A stretch of DNA of 64,000 nucleotides from Armatimonadota bacterium (lineage in GTDB: Bacteria > Armatimonadota > HRBIN16): positions 2,848,001 to 2,912,000 of the forward strand of contig OY781964.1 in assembly GCA_963677485.1 (NCBI GenBank), given 5' to 3'. Position numbers and translations under genes: made by a program. This document shows, piece by piece, positions 56,302-64,000 of this stretch (position 1 is the first letter of the stretch; each line of letters opens with the position of its first letter). The notes below the pieces were generated by a model. That model was given only the letters and a program-made list of their open reading frames with translations, was not told where the DNA came from and did no database searches.

Positions 56302-58578
56302 CTATTTGGATATGACGACCCGACCGACGCCAACGCTGCCGGAGGTGGCCCCAAACCGCAGCCGGAATCCGGTAATAGTGCCCTTCCAGGCGAGTGTGTC
56401 TGACATGTCGACGACGTAGTTTTTCCACAATGGCGTCATGATATTGAATGGGTAGCCATCTTTGCTCATCGCTCGGATATCTACCGTCTTCGAACTCCAG
56501 TTGATGCCTCCATCGGTTGAGAACTCGATGCTCAGCTTGGGGCTTGTGGTGGAGTTACGCATATACACGTTGACTTTATTGTAACCACCGGTGACGTCTA
56601 CCTCCACATCTTTCTTCTCTATGTAGGCATCTGGGCCGGCGATCTCCGCGTAGCCAACCGAATAGGGCTTGTAGAGCCAGTCTATGATGCCGTCACTGGC
56701 GGTCCAGTTCTGCTCCAGTTTGAACATATCTCCCGCGAACGGGAAAAGTCCACCGGGGGCACCGTTCTGAATGTCTATGACGCTGACCTCACGCTTGCGA
56801 TTGGCCTGTTTGTAGACCAGCAGCTCATCTGCAGTGGCTTTTCCGTTGGCGTTGAACCCGACTGAGCCCGTGCGATAAGTGGCGTCTGCCAGCGTGTCCA
56901 CCAGCCGCTCGTCGATGTAGGTTTTGATTGCCGCACCGCTGGCATCTATCCGAACTCGGAACCAACGGTTTGGGTCTAGATCAGGCACCGCAATCATCTT
57001 GAGTGTGGTCAGCGAGTTGCCCGTCCGCTTTTTGGCGGTGATGGTGCCCTTCGCGAACGCCCACACGTATCCGTTGGCCTTATCCGAGTAGAATTCCAAA
57101 TCGGCAGCACCTTTCATATACGTGTTGACGATGTAGTCAGAGCCTGAAAACTTCGTGCGGATTTTGGCACCCTTCGCTAACGCGAGGTGGCTGTTGGATA
57201 CCGAAGCACCCTTCGTGTTGGAGAAGCGCCCAAGCCCCTGTTCATCAAACGCCTCGCCTACATCGGCGGTGGTGGAGGTGAAGTCCGTGACATCAAACCG
57301 GCTGGCTGGCAGTTCGCTCATCATCTCCTTACTTCCAGTTTTCGTGAAGTAGTAATAGGGCACGGTACCGGGAAGGCCCACATCGATACAGTTCTGTATC
57401 GTGATCTTGGGATGTGTTTCATAGTGGTCGGAGCTGACGTAAAATGTGGACTGGGCGGTGATGTCCCTTCGTCCGTTATTGATGGACAGACTGTTTTTGA
57501 TGGTGTTGCCATGGGTCGTTCCTTTGCCATCATTTTGCAGCAGAAACTGGCCGTCGTTGTCGTGGACATAGCAGCGGTCGATCACGCAGTTGGTGTTGTT
57601 CTCTTCCCAGTCAATGCCGCAGGCATCATAAGCTTGTCCGCCGTTGGTGGTATACGCCACCTCAGTATCTTGAATCAGGCACTCCGTAGTATTTTGCACC
57701 AGGATGCCGCACGAACCAGGGTTGAAACTTCGTCGTCCAGTGTTGATGAACTTCGAGTTTCTGACGGTGATGTGGCCTTCTACCTTATCGACATCCGCAA
57801 AGTTCTCACAACTGTAGAGCATCAACCCCTGTATCGCGGAGTTGTAGGCCTGGAAGTTGTTGATGTCCACATAACTGCCTACGATCTCGCCTGGCGAGTC
57901 GCAGTTGTCGGTGGTGACATCCGTAATCTCGACATGCTTGATAAACCTGAGCCACATCCCCCAGGACAACGGCGCACCCTCTGGACCCCGCTTATCGACA
58001 TCAAAAATCGTGTTGATGGTCATGTTGGAGAATCGACAGTTTTGGATGCTCAAGCCATCGAAAAAGGAGTCAAAGGACTTGAACGATGAGATACCCAAAA
58101 GATAGTGGTCCATGTTGATGTTGCGTATCCGGTAAGCCTTCATGGTCTCTGGATTGGAGAGGGAGATACCCGGCTTATCCTTGCCGCCATCCTTGAACAG
58201 CGGGTTAAATCCTGCGCCATAGGCATCGATGGTGATCCATCGGCCGGCCGTCAGATCTCCGCTGCCTTTCGGGGCCAGGTGGGCATTAATGAATGTGTCA
58301 CCACGCTTGAAGAGTATGTTGTCTCCCGGCTGCATGGCGATCTTGTTGACCGGTAGCACCGTCTTGAAAGGGCTCTTTTCACTCCGGCCATCGTTGTGGT
58401 CATCGCCAGTGGAGGCACTGACATAGTAGGTCGTGCCAGAACCCAGATCGCTTGGGGTGCCACTCATCTTGACCGCTGCCGGTGGTTTCGGCCAGTTCGG
58501 AGCTGGCAGTTGTGTTGCCTGCGCCTGCGATGCGTATAAGCAGAGCACCAGCAGTGCGGGTATGATGTGTTTGGCCAA
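56302..58578 (-). CDS. Secreted right-handed beta-helix (pectin lyase-like fold) protein
   Basis: Signal peptide; TTYYVS...GDDHNDG...PFKT...PGDNILFKRG; PbH1-like repeats. Confidence 0.8.
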   Translation of the reverse strand: MAKHIIPALLVLCLYASQAQATQLPAPNWPKPPAAVKMSGTPSDLGSGTTYYVSASTGDDHNDGRSEKSPFKTVLPVNKIAMQPGDNILFKRGDTFINAHLAPKGSGDLTAGRWITIDAYGAGFNPLFKDGGKDKPGISLSNPETMKAYRIRNINMDHYLLGISSFKSFDSFFDGLSIQNCRFSNMTINTIFDVDKRGPEGAPLSWGMWLRFIKHVEITDVTTDNCDSPGEIVGSYVDINNFQAYNSAIQGLMLYSCENFADVDKVEGHITVRNSKFINTGRRSFNPGSCGILVQNTTECLIQDTEVAYTTNGGQAYDACGIDWEENNTNCVIDRCYVHDNDGQFLLQNDGKGTTHGNTIKNSLSINNGRRDITAQSTFYVSSDHYETHPKITIQNCIDVGLPGTVPYYYFTKTGSKEMMSELPASRFDVTDFTSTTADVGEAFDEQGLGRFSNTKGASVSNSHLALAKGAKIRTKFSGSDYIVNTYMKGAADLEFYSDKANGYVWAFAKGTITAKKRTGNSLTTLKMIAVPDLDPNRWFRVRIDASGAAIKTYIDERLVDTLADATYRTGSVGFNANGKATADELLVYKQANRKREVSVIDIQNGAPGGLFPFAGDMFKLEQNWTASDGIIDWLYKPYSVGYAEIAGPDAYIEKKDVEVDVTGGYNKVNVYMRNSTTSPKLSIEFSTDGGINWSSKTVDIRAMSKDGYPFNIMTPLWKNYVVDMSDTLAWKGTITGFRLRFGATSGSVGVGRVVISK

Positions 58579-58815
58579 GTTGAGTTCCCTTTCGTCTGAG
58601 CCTGAAGTTTATTGCTATGTTTATTGTGTCGCACTATTAGCAGAATTGCTAGACCGGTCTAGCATGGGTTTGGTGGGGGTGCCACACCCCGGTTGCTGAT
58701 TGGACGGATGCGATAGTATACGGGTTGGTGCTACTCATGAGAAGGCAATTACCCACCAATAATAAACGAGCTCACACGCATCCACCACCGAGACATTAAT
58801 GTCGCGGCAGCATGG

Positions 58816-61800
58816 TCATTTAACCAATCTGGCGCGGAAGTCATACCTGCCCGACGGCAGCTCGCAGACCACGACACCGTCCGCCAGCCGGAGCAGCTTC
58901 ACCTCGGGAACCGCAACCAGCGGGTGGCCGCCTTCGGTGACCGCACTGGGTTTGGACGCCGGTATATGAACCGTGGCGGTGCAGTTTGCGGGCACGCGAA
59001 TCTGCCAGTGAAAGCTGTCGCCTTCGATCTTCCAGTTACTCTCGATCAAACCGTAGATCGACTGGAATGAGGCGTTCACCCACTCCAGATCGCCTACGGG
59101 TTCCGGACACATGATGATGTGCTTGAAGCCGGGCTTCTGCGGATCATACGCAATCCCGGCCAGCGAGCGATACATCCAGGCGCCCAGATAGCCGGACAGG
59201 ATGGTCTGGCTCTGCCCGTTCATGCCCGGGTCGCGGGTGTCACGGTCCCAGCGTTCCCAAATCGATGTGCCGTCTTTCGCCACCATATATCCCCAGCTCG
59301 GGCGCGTGGTCTGGGTGAGTATCGTGTAGCCCACATCGGTTCGGCCGACCTCGGTGAGGGTCTGCATCAGCCATTTCATTCCCGGACAGCCGACGGTCAG
59401 ATGGCCGTGTTTTTTGACCATGATGTCCTTCACCAGGTTCTCCGCCACGGCCTTTCGATGATCTGCAGGAACCAGTCCGAACGCCAACGGCAGCACATAG
59501 GATGTCTGGGTTTGGCTCAAGTAGCAGTTACCCTTCGGGTCGAAGAACGCCTTGTTGAACGCCGTTCCCACCTTCTCCGCCAGCGTTCGAAAGTGGGTGG
59601 CCTCCTTAGGTTCTCCCAGGAAGTCGGCGGTCTTGGTCAGCATCGTGCAGTTGTAATACAGATACGCGGTCGCGAACAAGTCTTTCGGGGTTCCGCCGAA
59701 GTCCGACATCTTACCGTCCATGCTGTAGGCGTCCACCCAGTCGCTATAGGTGCCCCGCCGGTAGATGAAGTCGGAATCCAGCCGGGTCTCCAGGAACCTG
59801 ACCCAGCGATTCATCATCGGGTAGTTTTCGGCGATGATACGCTTGTCGCCATACATGCGGTAGTTGGACCATGGGTTGGTGGTGACCACAGAGGGCCAGC
59901 AGGGGTCGCCGGTGTATGCCCACGCCCAGTAGGAGCCAGCATCCGATATGCAGCCGTCTTCGCGCTGATCAACACGGCATTCACCCAGGAAGCTATTGTA
60001 GAAGGCGGCCACATTGTACATATAGCCTTCGGTCTCGGAGCTCATCTCCGACACACTGAGCCAGGCCTGCCGCTCATCGCGGTCGGGATCCATCGGCACA
60101 CCGCGCTCCTGCATCCGCACCGTGCGCTGCATGTTGGCGTAGATTTTGTTCACCAGCTCGTTGGAGCAGCTTAATGAGCCGACCTTCTCCAGGTCGGTAT
60201 GCACCACCAGCATCTCCAGATCGTTGATGGTTGGAACGCCAGGCCAGCCGGTGATCTCCGCGAAACGCATCCCCTGACCACGGAAGCGCGGTGCCCATGT
60301 TTCCAGTCCATCCCCTTTGAGGGTATACATGTCCGTAGAGAGCGCGCTGCGGTTCGGCGCCATGTCGATCATGCCATCGGGATGACGGTCGAATGTGGTG
60401 CGAATCACCACCCGAGTATCCCTGGGCCCCTTGAGCTTGATGCGCACCATGCCGTAGAGGTTCTGGCCGAAATCGGCCACATACACCCCGGGCCTGGGGT
60501 TGGCGATCGCCATCGGCTTGAGCGTCTCGATCACCCGCATCGGTTCGTGCATCTGCACGATCAGCTTGCCGCCCGGGGCGGAGACCAACTGAACGGGCTG
60601 CCATTTGGAGTCATCGAAACCCGTCTTATCCCAGCCAGCCTGCTCCATGCGGGCGTCATACTCCTCGCCGTCAAATTCGCTGTTGGCGCGGATCGGCCCC
60701 TGGTCGGTGATCTTCCAGTTGGCGTCGCTGACCACAAGCCGCGAACTGCCGTCGGCGAACTCCAGCCGCATTTGAAACAGCAGCTTCGGATAGCCGAAAG
60801 TGGGCGTGGCCACCGGCAGCAGCACCCTCGGAGCAAAGAAGCGTCCGTTGCCCAGCATCACCCCCACCGCATTCTGACCATCCTGCAGGTATTTGGTGAC
60901 GTCAAAGCAGACGTACATCGCCCGCTTGTCGTATCGGCTGTGGGTGGGGTCCATGATGCGGTTGTCCACCTTCTTGCCGTTTAAATAGAGCTCCGAAAAG
61001 CCCAGACCGCTCATGAACACGGTGGCCCGATCGAGCCTTGGTAATACTTCGATCTCGCGGCGCAACATGCGGGCAGGCAGACGGCGGTGGTCGGATTGTG
61101 CTGTGCTGCCCCAGGGTGCCATCCCGTAGGATCCCAACACGCGGGCCGGCTTCCATGCGGGCTCGTCCAGCGGTGCGGTCTGCCAGCCAGCGTCTACACT
61201 CTTGCTCACACGCCAGTCGGCATCCGTGTTGATGATCAGCGGGCTGCCCTGAGAAAACTCTAGCTGCAGCTCCGCCAGCAACCCTGCTGGATTCACCGTG
61301 TCGGTGCCCAGCTCGTTCGTCACCTCGATCGCCAGGGTGTTTTCGCCGCTGTGCAGCCACCGGCTGATATAAGCATCTGCTCGGTTGGGGTAACCGCCGC
61401 CGTCAGCCGCCTTTTCGCCGTTGACCCAGAGGGCGAATTTGTTGTCGGTCAGCAGATATATGTGCGCCTTCGTCAGCGTCCGGTCGGACGGAAGAGTGAA
61501 TGTGCGACGGAAATGGCGTGTCTCGGCCCCGACGCCCGCCACGGCGTTTCCCTCAGGATACCAGAGCCATTTGGCCTCGCGGAAGAGGGGGTCTGAAGCT
61601 TCGTCCAGGCCGATCCATTTACCCTTCCAGTCTTCGGGCTGCAGTAGCCCCATCGACCAGTGTGCCGACGCACTCCATTGTGAGGCCCGGCCCTGCTCAT
61701 CCCACACTCGCAGCTTCCAGTAGCATCTTTGCTCAGATTTCAGGCGTTTTCCCGCATACACGATGTGCAGTTGCTGATCGGACTGGATTTTGCCGGTATC

Positions 61801-62004
61801 CCACAGATCACCGTGCTCGCGCCGCAGGGCCTCTTCGCTGGAGGCCACTATGATCTGATATGCCGTCTGCCGCTGACCGCGGGCTTCGCCCTCACCCGCT
61901 TCCAGCCGCCAGTTGAGACGTGGAGCGGTGACATCAATGCCCAGCGGGTTCTTGAGATACTCACAACGGAGATCGGTGGGGCTCAGACTGTTTAGAATCG
62001 GCAT
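58816..62004 (-). CDS. GH78 alpha-L-rhamnosidase
   Basis: LRCEYLKNPLGID, QTAYQI, DFGQNL, DPDRDERQAW, SWGYM...TSIWERW. Confidence 0.93.
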   Translation of the reverse strand: MPILNSLSPTDLRCEYLKNPLGIDVTAPRLNWRLEAGEGEARGQRQTAYQIIVASSEEALRREHGDLWDTGKIQSDQQLHIVYAGKRLKSEQRCYWKLRVWDEQGRASQWSASAHWSMGLLQPEDWKGKWIGLDEASDPLFREAKWLWYPEGNAVAGVGAETRHFRRTFTLPSDRTLTKAHIYLLTDNKFALWVNGEKAADGGGYPNRADAYISRWLHSGENTLAIEVTNELGTDTVNPAGLLAELQLEFSQGSPLIINTDADWRVSKSVDAGWQTAPLDEPAWKPARVLGSYGMAPWGSTAQSDHRRLPARMLRREIEVLPRLDRATVFMSGLGFSELYLNGKKVDNRIMDPTHSRYDKRAMYVCFDVTKYLQDGQNAVGVMLGNGRFFAPRVLLPVATPTFGYPKLLFQMRLEFADGSSRLVVSDANWKITDQGPIRANSEFDGEEYDARMEQAGWDKTGFDDSKWQPVQLVSAPGGKLIVQMHEPMRVIETLKPMAIANPRPGVYVADFGQNLYGMVRIKLKGPRDTRVVIRTTFDRHPDGMIDMAPNRSALSTDMYTLKGDGLETWAPRFRGQGMRFAEITGWPGVPTINDLEMLVVHTDLEKVGSLSCSNELVNKIYANMQRTVRMQERGVPMDPDRDERQAWLSVSEMSSETEGYMYNVAAFYNSFLGECRVDQREDGCISDAGSYWAWAYTGDPCWPSVVTTNPWSNYRMYGDKRIIAENYPMMNRWVRFLETRLDSDFIYRRGTYSDWVDAYSMDGKMSDFGGTPKDLFATAYLYYNCTMLTKTADFLGEPKEATHFRTLAEKVGTAFNKAFFDPKGNCYLSQTQTSYVLPLAFGLVPADHRKAVAENLVKDIMVKKHGHLTVGCPGMKWLMQTLTEVGRTDVGYTILTQTTRPSWGYMVAKDGTSIWERWDRDTRDPGMNGQSQTILSGYLGAWMYRSLAGIAYDPQKPGFKHIIMCPEPVGDLEWVNASFQSIYGLIESNWKIEGDSFHWQIRVPANCTATVHIPASKPSAVTEGGHPLVAVPEVKLLRLADGVVVCELPSGRYDFRARLVK

Positions 62005-62174
62005 GGTTTGTTATATCCTCTATATGGTGATCGCAGGAATGCATGTCTCTTTCCTCCATTGTACTCTGCGACCGATATGGGGGCGAAACCAGGCAAAACA
62101 CCTTCATGGCGCGAGCGGTAAGAATGGCGGGGTACCAATGTCGAATACCCGGCCAATGACAAATAAGGACTAAT

Positions 62175-64000
62175 ATGAATACCACTACTTCCAGTCACAT
62201 GCGAATGCTACAGTTCTGGACAGCACTCATTGCCTCTCTGGCATTGGTAGGACCGCTGAATGCCGCGACACCGCGCTTCGAGGCCCGGTATGACGCCACT
62301 GACCAAGGCCCCATCATACGCCACGGTGACGGGCCGGATGGCTGCGATGCGCATGGAATGCGCGAGCCCAGCATCGTGCAGCAGGACAGCAAATTCTACC
62401 TTTTCTATGACGGTTGTGCCGCTCCCGGCTGGATCGCCTGCCTGGCGACCAGCGATGACCTCAAAACCTGGAAGAAGCACGGGCGTGTTCTGTCACTGGG
62501 TCCTGCGGGGTCCGATGACTCCGCGACCGCCAGCAGTCCCTGGCTGAGGAAGCAGGGCGATACCTGGTATATGTATTACCTCATTTCTGCCGCAGCTTCA
62601 CCAGCTCCAGACTACGTGCCCATTGGGCCATACCTGGCGCGAATGGCCACCTCAAAGTCGATCATGGGGCCGTGGATACAGCACAGGGACTATGTGCCGT
62701 TCCGTGGGACCTATGCGGGAGACATCATATGGTACCACGGCGAGTACATGATGTTCGTCAATGGCGGTCAGGGGATCGCACGAACCAAGGATCTGAGTAA
62801 GCCATGGACGGTAGACGCGAAACGGCAGATCACGCTGCCAATGGAAAACTCCTCTATATATTTCGAGCCGAGTAATGGCTACTACTGGATGTTCTTGAAC
62901 CACATCCGTCTATACCCTTATCCACATACCGATGCGACTTATGTGTTCTGGACGAAGAACCCCAATAAGTGGAGCGACCGCGACCATGCCGTCGTGCTGG
63001 ACGGCCGCAACAGCAAGTGGAGCAAGGCGATTACGGGCATGGCGACGGTGACGAAGGTGGGTAACCGCCTCGCCATCTTTTATGACGGTAATGATTCGAC
63101 TGACATTGGCCACATGGGACGCGATATCGGCCTGGCCTGGCTCGATCTTCCGCTGTCACCCGAGAAGGTGAAGCTGCTGGCTTTACCTCCCAGTGAGGAG
63201 GACGACACAAGCAGTCTGAAGGACTGGATATGGCACCCGACGGTGGGTGATCAAGCCGCCACGGTGCGCTTCCGAGGGAGCCTCGATCTCCCTGCCGGTG
63301 TGAAGGCCAAACGCGCCCAGTTGACCATCACCGCCGATAAATCCTACACGCTTTGGTTGAACGGCCAGCGCGTCGGCAGAGGAACCAACTGGCAGGGGTT
63401 GGGCATATATGATGTCACGAAGAATCTGCGGGCAGGCCGCAACACGATTGCCGCAGAGGTGGTCAACGACGGTGGTGCAGGCGGGATGATCGCGGGCCTT
63501 AAAGTGTGGCTTGCGAATGGGCGGGTGATCACCAGCGGCTCATCCAGCGACTGGCGATGCGAAACCGGCACTGGGACTGATCTGAGTTGGACGAAACCGG
63601 AGTTTCAAGCCAACTGGCTTGCGGCGAAGAAGCTGGGGAATGCGGGTGCTCTACCCTGGCAGTTGGGCTCCTCTGAGCTGGATCTGCTGCCCAAGGCCTT
63701 GGCAGCCCGTGCCGCGAAGGTGCAGGCAGGTCCACCCAGCCTGCATCTGGGTGGCGGCTTTGAGAAGGGGATGCAAAACTGGAAGGTGACCGGTGGAGAC
63801 CGCATCGCGTATGACTGGGACCGCTTCTCGCGTAACCTCTGGATGGGTGACTTCTACCTCTGGCTGAACGGTCCGGGTGGTGTGGCGGAGCAAATCAGCT
63901 CTGTGCCCATCCAGGCAGGAACCAGATATACCCTTTCCGCCGAGGTGGGATACAGCCTGGACATCCGCAAGAGCAACCTGCCGTGGCCTGGTGGTCGGCT
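62175..64000 (+). CDS. Secreted multidomain glycoside hydrolase (five-bladed beta-propeller plus sugar-binding domain), truncated by the window end
   Basis: Absent from the ORF track; hand translation from ATG 62175 after AAGGA gives a signal peptide, REPSIV..FYLFYDG..ATSDDLKTW and later WIWHP..ITADKSYTLWLNG. Confidence 0.78.
   Translation, partial: MNTTTSSHMRMLQFWTALIASLALVGPLNAATPRFEARYDATDQGPIIRHGDGPDGCDAHGMREPSIVQQDSKFYLFYDGCAAPGWIACLATSDDLKTWKKHGRVLSLGPAGSDDSATASSPWLRKQGDTWYMYYLISAAASPAPDYVPIGPYLARMATSKSIMGPWIQHRDYVPFRGTYAGDIIWYHGEYMMFVNGGQGIARTKDLSKPWTVDAKRQITLPMENSSIYFEPSNGYYWMFLNHIRLYPYPHTDATYVFWTKNPNKWSDRDHAVVLDGRNSKWSKAITGMATVTKVGNRLAIFYDGNDSTDIGHMGRDIGLAWLDLPLSPEKVKLLALPPSEEDDTSSLKDWIWHPTVGDQAATVRFRGSLDLPAGVKAKRAQLTITADKSYTLWLNGQRVGRGTNWQGLGIYDVTKNLRAGRNTIAAEVVNDGGAGGMIAGLKVWLANGRVITSGSSSDWRCETGTGTDLSWTKPEFQANWLAAKKLGNAGALPWQLGSSELDLLPKALAARAAKVQAGPPSLHLGGGFEKGMQNWKVTGGDRIAYDWDRFSRNLWMGDFYLWLNGPGGVAEQISSVPIQAGTRYTLSAEVGYSLDIRKSNLPWPGGR

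Overview
GC-rich bacterial chromosomal window, probably Armatimonadota (inferred from H-X9-DG proteins, a DUF6785-like membrane protein, an RCC1-repeat protein with a dockerin-like tail and many glycoside hydrolases). Core genes are gpsA, apgM, queC, queF, uvrA, tRNA-Arg(UCU) and tRNA-His(GUG). It also has a nucleoside-type ABC transporter in one operon with an uncharacterised membrane-protein cassette, an ECF sigma/anti-sigma pair and a glycan-degradation cluster (GH78, GH38, esterase, beta-helix). The intergenic DNA is packed with repeats: GTAG-type REPs, a TIR/TSD MITE, a 260-bp structured repeat and 9-nt-period modules. Main highlight: two RNA-guided mobile elements appear to target the same REP end (...CCCCTAC). 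One is an IS621-like IS110 element (15785-17598) whose bridge RNA guide loops and circle-junction promoter can be read directly from the sequence. The other is an ORF-less group II intron (6438-7179) whose empty target site occurs elsewhere in the window. A glycyl-radical enzyme with a twin-arginine signal peptide is also unusual. All calls were made by eye; no database searches were run.
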